This document shows, piece after piece, positions 1 through 13,149 of a stretch of 64,000 bases of DNA. How positions within the stretch are numbered: the first letter of the stretch is position 1; each line of letters starts with the position of its first letter. Source of the stretch: Gnetum montanum (taxonomy: Eukaryota; Plantae; Gnetophyta); NCBI GenBank assembly GCA_015680685.1, contig MNCI01002384.1:612493-676492 (forward strand), written 5' to 3'. The notes below the pieces were generated by a model, which worked only from the letters and a program-made list of their open reading frames with translations, did no database searches and was not told the DNA's origin. Made by a program: the position numbers and the translations under genes.

Positions 1-1319
1 CAAGAACAATAAGAGCAATCTAAAAATCCCAAAATTACTTGCCAAGGATGATACTATCTAAACCACTAGCTAAACAATTTAAACAAAATAAAAAATAAAA
101 TACATAACTCACAGGACCATGACAAAGAGGCTGAAATCTTTTCTTTAACAAGCCATCTTACAAACAATCTTCTTTACAAATCTTCCAAGATCCCAAGTGT
201 GATGTGTGAGACCTCAAGTGATGATGATCCCCCCTCCTTGACCCGTAAAGCCTTTTTATAGGGTTCAAAGGTAGGTAGGGAAGTTACAAAATATCTTGGG
301 TGGTTTAACCACCATAGAGACAAAAAGGCTACGGTTGACAAGTGTCCCATGTAGTTGCCAAGTGTCTTCATTCAGTTGCCAAGTGTCTTCATTCAGTTGC
401 CAAGTGTTCACCATGGAGAGAAACAAGTTGCAGTTGACACGTGTCCCATTTAGTTGACAAGTGGCCATTGTGGAGATAAAGAGGTTGTAGTTGATAAGTA
501 GCCCTGGTCATGTATGATATTGGATAAATATCCCATGAATTTTTGTCTTTGAACATATTTTTTCATAGAGGTATCCAATATTTACATCCAATGTTCATCT
601 CCGTTAAGTTGAGGCTTTAGAAATGTTTCAAGAAACTCCTATGTCTAGTGAGGAAACTAGGTCTTTACAAATGAATATAATTGAATATAAAATTGATTTA
701 GGGGATGGCTGATGAAGAAGAAAAAAAAGAAAATATATTTTTCAAAAATGAAGGCCTTAAATAATTTTCCAAAGTTAACCGAGAGATATTGTGGAGGATG
801 TTGTATGTAGTTAAACCAACTGCCCGATAGCTTTTCCTACGCGTAGCCCATCTCCGCAGCTTATGCTCTGCTCCACTGAACTTGTCTCACCCACTGAACC
901 TCTCGAAAATACGATGGTAGTTGGAACCACTTCTACGCACGATTCAGCAGCAGTTGCCATCTCTTTCTTTGTCTCTCCTGGTCTTGCTCCCGCTCCTTGT
1001 CTCTGCGTGGATTCCTGAACTTGGTCTTAGGCTTTGATGGGAAAAACAATTCACCTTGATGATGATGCCCTCTTGGAACTCCTACGGCCCAACGTTGGGA
1101 CCAACAGCGTTGGCGTTCCAGCAAGTTGATCGGCCCATCGCAGCTGACGTGAACGGCAGAAATGATGCATCTGTCCTTCTCGATTAAACCTATTTTCTTG
1201 TCATATATTGCCAGCATCAAAAAGCTTTTTTAACCGTGGGGTTGATCTCATTTCCCGAAGCAGAGACATCAAGTTGCAGAGACACGGCCTTCACCAGAAA
1301 TCTTCTTGTTAAGCCGTGA

Positions 1320-1730
1320 GCACATCAACTGCCCTGATTGTCAACCACCATGGTGACCTCTCTCCATAAAAGACCCTATAACCCTCATTAGGTGAAACCA
1401 AGCCTTCATCAAGCACGATTCCAACATTAAGCTTCCTGAAAACCTCAAACTCCACAAAATTTTTAGCTCTTTCATGGCCTCCAATCTCCTCGTCTGGAAC
1501 AAACGAAAGATGTAGAGTTCCAGTTGGAACAAAACCCTTGCTGTTGAGATTCCTGACGGCTTCCAAGTACTGAGTGGGGACACACTTCATGTCCTGAGAG
1601 CTCCGCACGAAGATATTGCCTTGCTCATCTCTAGTCACCTGGAAAGGCCGATGAACCCGCTTTTCTTCCTCTGTGGTCACAACATCCATGTGAAAATTCA
1701 GCAGAATGGAGGGCAGATTTGCTTCGCTGA
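1320..1730 (-). pseudogene. ACY1: Captured aminoacylase-1 (M20 peptidase) fragment inside LTR U3
   Basis: LPSILLNFHMDVV...GNIFVRSSQDMKC..QYLEA...LSFVPDEEIGG...VLDEG...FYGERSPWWLTIRA matches plant aminoacylase-1 motifs. It is an internal fragment only, with substitutions at conserved sites (RGSQD>RSSQD). Confidence 0.9.
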
Positions 1731-2170
1731 GGATCAGATCTTGGGCATGCGTGAACGAATCAGAGAAAGAAAGTAGATCACTGGCAGTAAAATCGACAAT
1801 TCTAGCTACTGCTGTTATGCGTGGGAGGCTTGAAACCATTGCCGAGGCTGAGGCTAAGACTGAGAAGAAGGAGCTTGAAAACATGGCTTTTGGAAGGCTT
1901 GGTAGGAGCCTCTCCAGCAGTAGCAGCGTTAGTTTGAAATTGGAGTGGTGCCATAGTTTGTGTAGATGCAGGTGCAGAGGGTGGGTGTTATTTAGAGTTA
2001 GGCTTTACAAACTCATCATTGCACGCTTGGCTAGAGCATGGGATTCGTATGTACGCTTCATGAACCGCTTCACCACCAAGACTCACATTTCTTCTTCTTC
2101 TTCTTTTGATGCATTTCGTTCACACTATTGAATCCATTATTTGGTCATACATTTGTTCTTTGTTTTCTTT
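1731..2170 (+). pseudogene. Probable captured 3' part of an unidentified host gene (ORF end, stop, T-rich 3'UTR-like tail), opposite to ACY1
   Basis: Open frame to TGA at 2131 (…LARAWDSYVRFMNRF…), then a T-rich tail. CpG is retained. Not shared with the other LTR copies. Confidence 0.45.
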
Positions 2171-2564
2171 TTCTTGGCCAACAATTGGGATTGAGATTGT
2201 CTAAGCTGACTAGAAGTTGCCTTACATTCATTACCTTCCCATATCTTATGGAGGTTAACTAAACCCACTTCTTGACTTGTACATCAATACATGTTTGTAG
2301 ATCCAGTGAATACTTCTTTGGCACTAAAATAGCTTGTAGAAGATTGTCATGAACTCTGAACAATTGATCATTTGTCTTAAACAAAACTGTATTTGCTAGT
2401 GAATCAATTAGAGAAAAACCTTTCAAACTACCAACCCAACACCTCTGAAAAGTCTTCATCCAATGAAATATTGGCAATATTTAAATTAGGGTGAATGTTA
2501 GTTATATGATTAGCTTCACAACCTAACAAAGCCTGCTCCATTAAATGGCCAAAATGTGCCAACA

Positions 2565-4889
2565 CAAGGTATGTCTGTAGATGAATGTGGAGGATGGTAT
2601 GGATATGGATTCTCTCCCCAAGTGGATGATGAATGTGTTCGATGGTACTTTGGAGGGTAATAGTGATGCTAAAATGAGGCGTGGCTCGTAAAACTTCTTA
2701 GAGAAATAGGTTGTTAAACATAGTAGCCAATAATACCTGTATGGACTTTGTTGCCTATAAGGGTATTGTTGTCTTGGCAATGGCATTCCCCACAATTGTG
2801 ATTGGTGCCATTATTGGTATTGCTCATATGGTTGTGGTGGAGCTCCACTTAGGTAATAAGCTTGTTGTTGCTAGTGGAACTACCTTAGATTACCTTGAGG
2901 ATAAGGTAATTGTTTGGATGCTTGCCTACATGCTAATCGAGGATTCAATGTGTACACCCCAAACTCTTGTAAGTGTGACGCCATAGGGAAACACCCCTTT
3001 AGATGTTCATATTGACAAATGTTACAACCAGGATCATCATCAGAGTTGGTTTTCACAACTTCCTCTATGGTAATAGCTTTGTCCTTACCTCTCTAGTAGG
3101 CACGTTTAGCTTCTTTTTGTCTCTTACACTCATGATCACTATTTTGTTCATTGGATGCTTTAGCCATCTTCATAGTAGTTTGGAACTTCTCATCCAAAGA
3201 GTCCCATAATTTATCAACCTTTGTCGAAATGTCAAAAATAGATTTTTGAATAAGTGGGGCTTCCCTATTCACCACTTCATTGAGTGGTGACTTCTCCTCA
3301 TCACAAAATCAAAAGTCACTTTTTCTGATGAAAGGATCCTATTATACTCTTTTGCACTTTCCCTTTTTTGCAACTCATCTTCTTCTTTTGCTACTTGCTC
3401 TATAAGCCTTTAGATTTGATGAGCTCTTAATTCAGACAGTCTCCCTTGGGCATAAATCCCAAGAGTTCTTCTAGTTTTTACTCTAAGCCCATGTATGATG
3501 TGGAAGAGCTATTCCCTTTAAGAATAACCATGGCCATTGGTGTAAGAGTAAATAATATCTACCCATGGTGGCATCAAAGGATTCATGTGTTTCTTGTTTT
3601 TAGCCTTGGATTTGCCTTCACAGGTTAGACACTCTAGAGTATGTCTGGTATTTATCATTAAATAGTTCTAACATGGTACTCCATTGGTGAATGGATTCTG
3701 GCTCCAAGGACTGGTAGTAGCTTTCAACTTTCTTGATGAGTATCTTGGGGAAGAGCTTGAGTTTCTACTAATCATTTTCTATGTTTTGTAAGGCATAGAC
3801 ATCGTGGAAAGCTTGTAGATGTGTATACGGATTAGAGTTGGATCCCCTCTCAAATCTTGGGATATCATTCATATCTACATGCTTGATCCTACTATCTTTC
3901 ACATGCCTGGTTGGGATCTTTACTACATATGCAATGTTGAGCATGCTTCGAGTTGCGAATAGAGGTTCATCATCATCATTGCATTGATGATTGCAGTGAT
4001 GGTTTTTGCTACATATGCACTCTTAATGGTCTTGACAATCATTGTTTTCTCATTGATCACCTTCATCATGATTATTTTGATGGTGGCTTTTATGAGAACT
4101 AGCAAATGAAGAGGAATGTTCAAAATTAAATGAAGAGGATGAAGAGGAAGATGGATCACCACCACCACCTCTTCACTCATTATGACCACCATCCTTAGAT
4201 CCCTTGCCATTATGATGTTTACCTAAGTCCTTACCTTGACTGTCACTTTTTCCTAAACCTAGTTTATGAATAGTGGATCATAGGTTTATGGTTACATCCT
4301 CATCACCAATAATATAGGGTGGAGAATTTTCATATTAAGAATCCCTAGGGGGAGGATCCACAGTTTCATCTTGGTTTAGTAGGAACAAGGGATTAATGAA
4401 GTGTTTCTCCTTAGTAAATTTTTGATGCTTCTCTTGATGTTGATCTTGCTTGCGTTATGTTTCAGTGGGATGGTAGTCCCAAGTGTTATGATCATTCACA
4501 AGGTATTCCTCATGAAGATTTGAGATGCATAACTTCTTAAGGGTTTGAAATAGCATCCTAGGCATAGATTGATTGAGGGGCAAGACGATGTTGCCCTCCA
4601 TATCACGACATCGTAGCTACTCATCCTAATGTAGGATGAAGGTGAAGTCCAATACATACTGATCTAGTGAGTATATACCACTTTGCACTCCTATGGGATT
4701 AGTGGTTTAACATCTTCATGCCTGTAAGAACAAAAAATTTTGCAACAAATAAAATAATCAGTGTGCTTTTGTAATTGGATGTCATTCGAGAGTGATGTTG
4801 ACCTTAGGTTTGTCCAATAATATTAATAATTTTTACTAATCCTAGATAGCGCATGTTTCAACAAATAAAGTCCTCGGTAATAACACCAA
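2565..4889 (-). mobile_element. Athila-like Ty3/gypsy internal region (5'UTR and degenerate gag)
   Basis: Minus-strand gag remnant near 3640-3900 (DIPRF..SNPYTHLQAFHDVY...KLKLFP...YYQSLEPESIHQWSTMLELFNDKY). Many stops. Confidence 0.7.
4870..4888 (-). promoter_or_regulatory. Degenerate Athila-type PBS
   Basis: Minus strand tggtgttattaccgaggac is a deaminated TGGCGCCGTTGCCGGGGAC, directly adjacent to the LTR end. Confidence 0.7.
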
Positions 4890-5780
4890 TGATGAGCAGT
4901 GAGGTACCCCTACGTCCAACCATACGAATCATAAAGCGTTCACACGTGATCTGGTCAAATTCAATGGACTTTATAGTTTTTGGTGTACTAGTCTTCTAGG
5001 CAATGAACCTTGCCCTAAGGTCATTCGTTGTCTTCCCAATTACACCTATGAAGTACAAAGGTATGGTTAAGTGAAATTGAGACATATGATTTTTATCATT
5101 TTATATTTTATGTTCTTTGATGCTTTGAGAGAGAGATAAAGTAATTTAATGTCTAATCTAAATTAACTAACTAACTAATCTCTAACTGGCCCTAACATAA
5201 GCATCTAGCTTGACTTTTTATACATGTCCTACACCTACGTATCCACTATTGGGTTACCAAGCGCTACACTACTGGGTGTACTAAGCAATAACACTGTTGG
5301 GATTACCAAACAAATACATGTTACGTTCGAAGCAGTTGTACTTATGTAATTAATCTATCGAGCTTATCTTGCTCAATTACCTCATTAGCTTAATTACTAG
5401 AAAACCTTAAATAAATAATTGAAAACATTGAATGCATGAATAAAAATCTAAACTATCTAGAATGCTACAAGGTTTATCAAGAAGATCATCTTTATTGTTG
5501 CACACATTGTCATGCTTAGGTACAATAGTGCTCAAATAAAGATCCGTACACTTAATGACTCCTGCTATGGGCACTCGAGAGAAATATTCTAACTTTCAAA
5601 TGAACAAACTTCAAGAGCTCTACTACTACTATCCATCTGATGCCATAAATGTAGTTGGTGGGAATGTATTTATAGGCAAGGATAGACCCCTGCATCAACA
5701 AGGCCACGTCGACACAATAGATTGCATTGATAGGGCCTAGTTGATGGGGCCTAGTCAACACAACAAACCATATCTCATCA
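4890..5780 (-). mobile_element. 5' LTR of Athila-like element, inserted into the 5' LTR of Tat element A
   Basis: Termini tgatgag...ctcatca. Shares blocks with 10517-11523. The flank from 5786 matches the element A 3' LTR at 30196. Confidence 0.8.
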
Positions 5781-6805
5781 CTAATGTAGTCACCATAAGG
5801 CTTGTGTTGTCACATCAAGGCCAACGTTGGAGTGGTTGGGGTTTTCGTTTTCAATGAATCTCAATGTTGCATTCACAACTCCAATGTTGCTACTAGAAAA
5901 CTAGCGTGGGTGGGAGAGACTAGAGTGGATGAAAAGTCCATTTACTATTTTTTGTTACCAGCATGGTTTTGATGCCTTAGGGGTATCAAAACTTACCACA
6001 AATAGCAGCTACATTGGATTCAAACCACACCTATACATGACACCAATCTGTTAGTAATCATGGTAGAAATTTATAGCCAAAATTTAGTAGCCATACAACC
6101 TATATAAGCCAACTTCAAAGACATTGAAATGGTTTCATCACTTTTAAATTCCTAAGCTTTCAAATTTGAAGCTAACAAAAAGCTTTTGGATAATTCTTAA
6201 GTGTGGAACTTTTAGCCATTCAAAACACTTGTAACATTGAGGCTTGTGTGAGACTTTTTGGAGCAACACTGAACTACTTGGGCATTAAAACTCCTAGCAT
6301 GGTACCTCTTTTATGACACAAGTTCTTCACATACCTTACCCTCATGTGATCAACATTGTAGATCTGTGAGAGGAACTTGTAAGGAGTTTTGATTTTGGGA
6401 GTTTGGGAGTACCTATATCGTGGAGCTAACTATGGTGAAAGACTACCGGCTTTAGCAGGTTTCAAACTCCACCAAAGTAAACCCCTTGTGCATCTAGGTA
6501 CCATTTTTACATATTCTAAACTTTATTTATTTAAAATATTTTCATTGTAATAAAATTCATAGTTCATTTGCCATGCAAAGTTGTTATGGTTTTATTTCAT
6601 GCATTTATTTTCTAGATCAGATGTGTAATAATTTACATTTCATTTACCCCATTTACATTTCTCAAGTCCTTAGGTGATTGGCTAGACCATGAAGGGTGCC
6701 TTGGATCCTCGTTCTCAGAGGCCCTTGGGATCCAAGGCTAAAACTGGTCTATGCCTGTTATTATCAATTTTCCAGCAACCAAATTTTTTAGGCACAATAG
6801 TTTTC

Positions 6806-6822
6806 TAGCGCTAGAAGGAGGG
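6806..6822 (+). promoter_or_regulatory. PBS complementary to tRNA-Asn
   Basis: tagcgctagaaggaggg corresponds to TGGCGCTAGAAGGAGGG and follows the LTR end ttttaggcacaata. Confidence 0.8.
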
Positions 6823-7516
6823 CCTCCATCCAAGTTCTACATACAATCCCATTTTGTCATTTTGATAACATTTGTTGTAAGTTGAAAACATTAAATTTAC
6901 ATTAAATATCTTTAAACTTTGATAAAAAATTTTTCTACAAGAGAAACCAATGTTGCAATCCATCTCCCTACCATCAAAACCTAGCATTGAGGTTGTAGGT
7001 GATTTGGGTGTTTGGAAAATTTTTACAGCAATTGCTAAACTTTTGAAGGCTAGTGTGGTTTCTAGTCAACACTACCTTTGTGTGTTCCAGAGGCTAGAGT
7101 TGTTGTACAACAATCACTCAAGTCCCCTTGCTGTGAAAATTTCTAGTAATGCCAGCATTGATCCTTCTCCATCCATCAACATAGCCTTTGAAAAGATAAA
7201 ATTTTTCATTTACATTTTTAGAAACATACATTATTCTTGCCAAGAGGTGGAATCCCAACGCAAAGCAAGTAGGTGAAATGGTTGTTAACATCTTACCATC
7301 TTTCCCCCTCCAGCATAGTTGGTGTTTTCAACACAAAATCATTGTATCTTCTCACGTGCAGGGTGTACCCCCTATCACTGCAACTTGCACTGCATTTTGT
7401 AGTTGCAGTTCACAACATTTTACAACCATACTCCTTTTGCATCTTGAACAATTTCACTTGCTAGAATTTCGATTTAATTAATTAATTATACATTTTATTA
7501 AGCCAATTTTAAAATA

Positions 7517-10500
7517 GTGACCATGTCTTTTAGTCAATCAATTGTCCTACCCCTTAACCTAATAGATATGACAACTAGCCAAGATGTTGTGAGGGTTTAT
7601 GACCCTAAAGACCCTACTATGGTTGAACGTAGGCAGTTTCTTAGGTTGAGAGGGCAAAGCCTAAAGTTTTGCATCATAAATAAAGATTACTACAACTTCA
7701 TTTGTGCCAAAATCCAAGCTAGCCTTCTCATTTTGTGAATGGATGCTAAGCCTAAATGTGAATACAAGTTGATTCATTGAAATGGAAAGGAATACATACC
7801 TTCCGCCTATGATGAAATACTACTTAATGACACCCATATGCACATCCTATCTTAATTGATTGAGATGGATGAGTAGAGTGAGAAGCTTAGCTTAGTAAGC
7901 CAACAAGAGGAGCATGATGCATTTGAGGCTAAGCCCAAACTTGACAACTTTATAAGGGGCCTCTTCCAATAGTCAGCTCCCCAGACCATCGCACACACTT
8001 TGGGCTTGCCTATCTCTTCCATGGGGCAAGTGCCTCAACCCTTGTCTCCCATGTACCCTACCATGTTTGGGTTGGAACTTGTCATACTAGTCCACCAAGC
8101 ATAATCTATGCCCCAAATAGCCTTCCTATCCTCCTCTATGCCTTTTTCCATGGTGCCTCAGTTTGCATGCCTATCACTGGTGATCTTCACCACCACTCAC
8201 CCCTTCTCTGTACTAGTGGATCCCATAATGGGATCCTAAGTGACCGAAGGGTCACACACACTATTTGTCCCCTTTGTGCCTCAAATGCCAATGCAAAAAT
8301 AATTTTCATTATTTAGTCTACCCACAACCATGATGACCCAGCCTCTTCGTTCCATCCCATAATCCATTGAGAGGCCACAAGTCTCACAACTCATGCCCCA
8401 ACCATTTGTACAAACATAGCAACTTGCTAGGATGCCCTAAGGCTTGGATCAAGCATTCCAAATGATCTAGGACCTTATGGAAGAGTTATGAAACCTTAAA
8501 GCTTGAACAACCCAGACAGTGAAAATAATGAATTTCTGTTAAGACGATCACATTAGTCTTGTTGTCCCACAAATAACTCTTCCTTTGGGCATCCCTATAT
8601 CTTAATTCACCAAGTACAACAATGAGGGTGATCCTAATGCCCACCTTATTACCTTCCATTCTAAGTCCTTGTTATTATAAGCCTAGATGCACACTATAAT
8701 GTAGATCTTCCCCATGTCCCTTATTGGGAATGCCTTGGATTGGTACCATGCATAATCTAGAAGGATCTATATCCTTACTTGAAGACTTGATGTCATAGTT
8801 TGTTAACCATTTTAAGTATAACTTGAAACCCAACACAACTCTTGACCAAATAATGAAGGTTAAGTAAGAACTCCTTGAGCCCATACAAAAATTTATACAA
8901 CGGTAGAATGATCTTCTCAATGAGATTCTAGAATCCATAGCCAAGATCCACCTTCTTACCATATTCAACGGGGGTGGTCAATGACTTTATTAAGTTCAAA
9001 CTTTACTACTAGATCCATGGTCACTCAACAAAGCCTTCTCTCAAACCAAGAATATAGAGGATGTTGCTGAGGCTAGTCATGACCCTACCTACGTGGCATA
9101 CAAAAGCCAACATACGCAGAAGGATAAGGAGAAGGGGAGGCAAAACAATGTAGTCATGACCACTATGACCAAAGAGAATAAGATCATGTAGGGACCTAAA
9201 ATGAATAAACCCAAGGCCCCTACCAATAATAACCAATCCTCAACCTTCGAGGCCTCTACATCAACTAACTCAAAGTTTAACTTTGAACAAAAAGATTGGT
9301 CAAAGGACATGAGGTTACCTTGAAAACCATTGAGCTTCTTGACTAGTTGTTAAAGAGTGGAAAAATCTAATATAAGAAATGACAAAAAATGCCTCGAAGA
9401 GGCATGATCAGTTATGCAAGATAGCCAAGGATCCCACTCTTACAACCAAGAATGATCCACTAGTACCTAAATACTTCAAACTTGATCATTTCTACCATTG
9501 CCATCAATTTCCAGGTCATGATACCAATTTTTGCTTAGCCCTAAAGGATGACCTACTAAAGATGATAGACAAGGGTGAATTGGTACTTGATGCCTCTAAC
9601 CCAGTTAGGCCATAGAATCAATCCATGTAGGTCTACAAGGACCCATTGAATGCCAACAATAGTTCATATACCATAGTGGCATTCAATGTGAGCAACAATC
9701 CAAGATTTGTGTGGAAGTCATTTATGATCCAGGTACCTCCTCACAACGAAAGGGGCCCTTCAACTTCAATTGGTTCAATTGCAAGTATACCATCATCGAT
9801 GCCTCCTAGAGAACCTTCATGATTAGAGTGCCTCCTCCAGCTATAACCAAACCTACCATTACAACAAAATAATGTCCTCTATGGTGGCCAATGCAATGGA
9901 TTCTTCCCAACCAAACAACAACAATAAGAAATCACCAATGAAACAACATAAGAAGCTTGTGCTAAAGCTTGAGAATAAAGACAATAAGTAGGCCAAGGCA
10001 TGGAAGGATGTGGGCCCACTAAAGCCTAGTCCCATCTCATCTGTTCCAATGAACTCTAATGCTTAGGCTACTTTAACCAGTCAATCACAGGAGGACCCCT
10101 AGCCACAAGGGAAGGGGAAAGAGGCCAAAACACAAAAGTTGAAACATCAAGTTTGCATCTTGAGATGTATGGAGGAAGTCAAGGTCAAAAAGAATGAGAA
10201 GTTAACAACCAATGATAAAGACTTCCTTAATGCAATGGAATAGGTCAAATAGTCATTAAAACAAAAGAACACCTCTCTTAGCCTGTATGACCAAGTAATG
10301 ACTTCTATCACATATTGTAAGGCATTAGTAAAAATGTTGACCTTAATTATTATTAGTAAGGATATCCCCACTAGTGAAGAATCCATCCACGTAGTGATGG
10401 TACATACCATCTTCACCAAAGGAAGAAACAAAGTCAACAACACTAGTGTTTTGTGACAATGAAGTCAAGATCAACCCCAAAGATGGCAAGACAACCAAGG

Positions 10501-12152
10501 CCCCCTTCTTCATAATTGATGAGTGGCAAGGTACCCCTACACTCAACCATACAAAATGAGTGTAGCATGCACGATCCGGTTGAACTTCGCAGACCAAGTG
10601 CCTACACACCCCATGGAACACTTGGGGTTAATCATTCATTGTCTTTCCAGACTTACTTGTAGTTGTTACGGTGTATGGTTAAGTAAGTCTGAGGCATATG
10701 ATTTTTATAGTCTTTTATGTTTTATCTCCTATGCTATCAAGGTGAAGGGTTGAAGGAACTAACTAATTCTAACTAATGACTAATTCTAAATTACCTAGTG
10801 TCAGCATCCATTCCCACTTACCATACACACCCTGAACCGATGCAACCGTGGCTACCAAATGCTAATCGTTGTTGAGATCACCACGTGTAACGCACGTGCT
10901 CGAAGTGGTCGTACTGAGGCACCTAACTAGGAGGAAAGGGTTGAGAGAATCTATCTAGCCTAAGTGCGATGAGCAACCGATTCCTTGACTAACCGTACAC
11001 ATCTAGAACTACCACTGGGATTACCAAGCGTAGATCCTGGATACGCCACTAGGTTACCGAGTAGTCACACTAGATGCTCGTAATTAAGTTGTACTCATAC
11101 CGCATGCAATGAGCAGCCGATTCCTTGACTAACCGTACACATCCTTAGATGCTCGTAATCAAGTCGTACTCATACCACATTCTAGGAGTTTAAGGGTGAG
11201 AGAGAAAACAATAAATAAAATCCTATTCCATGCACTGCAAGGTTTATCCAAGAAGCTCGTCTTTATTGCCGTACACAACTTGTGTTCAGGTACAATGTTG
11301 CTCGAATAAAGATCCGTTCACTTTAGAACTCCTACTATGGGCACATGGAAAATATTCTATCTCTGGAGTGATCAAACTGCTAGAGTTTCCCTACTTCTAA
11401 CTCAGGATGGCGAAACAAGGGAGAGCCGCCTCTTATTTATAGATATGGCGGCGGACCGTGATATCGCGGCCGCTGCGATATCACGTACGCGATATCGCGG
11501 CTCATGTGAATCGCATCTCATCAATAATCATAAGGGTGGGGGTAATACAAAGTGCATAGGATGCATGTTGATGACACAGTGACAACTAATGTCATACGTT
11601 ATACCATTGTAGAACATTTAGGCCTAATAGAGCATATGCAATATACCTCATGTCCTTAAATCTTTTAACAGATCTTGGGTGGTCGTAAAAGGCTCCTTTC
11701 TTTAGATTTCATGGTAGAGGAATAATTCCCCATAACAACCAACTTCTTGGTGGTGGAAGAGATACCAAGATTCAACCTCATCCTTGGGAGGCCTTGGCTA
11801 GCTTAGTTACAAGCTATTTCCTCACCCATCCACCAAGAAAATCACCTACCTTCTAAGGGAGGTGAAATAATTATTCATGGCAATAGTGTGGTTTCCTTGG
11901 TAGTCAATAATGTTGGCATAGAATAAGGATTTGAAGTGGAGTTTTAGGAAGAAACTCCTATTGTTAATCATGAAGTTAAGAAATTCGATAGAGCAGAAGA
12001 GGCCAACACAAACAACAATGGAATCATACATGCATCATGGCAAGAGCTCCCTTTCAATGTGGTTAGTGAAGGGAATGTAAAATACAAAATTATGTAGTGT
12101 AGACCATATACCATTCCTAATCTTTCAAAGATTAGGAAGTACTTGCATGATT
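7517..12152 (+). pseudogene. Element A gag-protease (many stops; interrupted by solo LTR)
   Basis: FTKYNNEGDPNAHLITF gag motif, knuckle FYHCHQFPGHDTNFC, and a protease region with FNLILGRPWL. Homologous to element B 42529-44366. Confidence 0.85.
10517..11523 (-). mobile_element. Solo LTR (same family as 4890-5780) with 5-bp TSD
   Basis: Termini tgatgag...ctcatca. TSD ataat at 10512-10516 and 11524-11528. Splits the element A protease region. Confidence 0.9.
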
Positions 12153-12425
12153 GACATATGTCTCCAATTTGCTTGCCCTTGTACCCATAACCATTTACCC
12201 TTCTTAGCCTAGTTTAAACATTATTTGCATGTATTGTTTTATGTTACTTTGTTTTGACCTTACTTTGCACTTAACCTAGAGTTTGTTCTCATTTACAATT
12301 TACCTTTTATGCCTTGTCTATTTTAGAATATAAAATATGAAAAATAGCATAAAAAATTTAAAATCTAAAAAATTTATAAAAATTTCAAAACAAAAAATTG
12401 ATAAAAATTTCCCTTTCGATTCATA

Positions 12426-12855
12426 TGGCCTACCGTGGCCTAAAACTAGCAAATCATGATGGCCTGCTAAGGCCTAAAACTAGTAACATCATGGCTTGCC
12501 ATGGCCTAAAACTAGCAAATCATGAAGGCTTGGCATGGCCTAAAATTGGCAAATTGTGATGGCCCACTAAGGCCTAAAACTGGCAACATCACAGCCTACC
12601 ATGACCTAAAATTGGTAAATTGTGAAGACTTGCCATGGCCTAGAATTGGCAAATTGTGAAGGTCCATGATGGCCTAAAACTGGCAAATCATGATGGCCTA
12701 CCATGGCCTAAAATTGGTAAATCATAAAGGCCCATCATGACCTAAAACTAGCAAATTGTGAAGGTCCATCATGGCCTAAAATTGGCAAATTATGATGGCC
12801 CGCCATGGCTTAAAACTGACAAATTGTGATGGTCCTCCATGGCCTAAAACTAGCA
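12426..12855 (+). repeat. 13-unit ~33 bp tandem array (pseudoknot-like motif)
   Basis: Unit consensus ggcc-c-gcca-t-ggcc-taaaac-tggc-aaatyrtga. Confidence 0.9.
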
Positions 12856-13149
12856 AAACTCTTATAACCCATTATATCCAATCACAACTACATGAGTTAG
12901 CCAACTTAGTCTTATAACATGAGTAAAAACATAAAAACATATAATATGCATAAAACTAGAAATACTAAAACATATAAACAAAATCATAGTTCAAAATAAT
13001 AATCAAAATGTCTATAACATAATAGCCAAGGTCACATAGTGTGACAAAAGTTTAAACAATGCATAAAATAATAAATTGTCTCTCAACAACCAAAGGCTAA
13101 CACTAGCCATAACATCATAATAACAACATCAACAATAATAAATATAAGT

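Larger units (their letters stand above)
1..2564 (-). mobile_element. Cargo-carrying LTR, copy 1 (left ~950 bp outside window; solo LTR or 5' LTR)
   Basis: 1-540 aligns with 24725-25331, and 1-~290 with 61075-61340. Right end ccattaaatggccaaaatgtgccaaca matches the ends at 27628 and 63499. Minus-strand TATAAAA at 254-260. Flanked on the right by Athila-like gag sequence, not by a PPT. Confidence 0.9.

Noticed and set aside
174-468. Short ORFs with WQLNEDT repeats
   Set aside because: These are translations of LTR promoter tandem motifs.
1309-1884. ORF as a functional aminoacylase gene
   Set aside because: It is an internal fragment with a chimeric N-terminus and damaged motifs, and it lies inside an LTR.
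2259-2477. Possible NB-ARC (MHD-like) fragment, KGFSLIDSL...RVHD
   Set aside because: The resemblance is too weak to call without a search.
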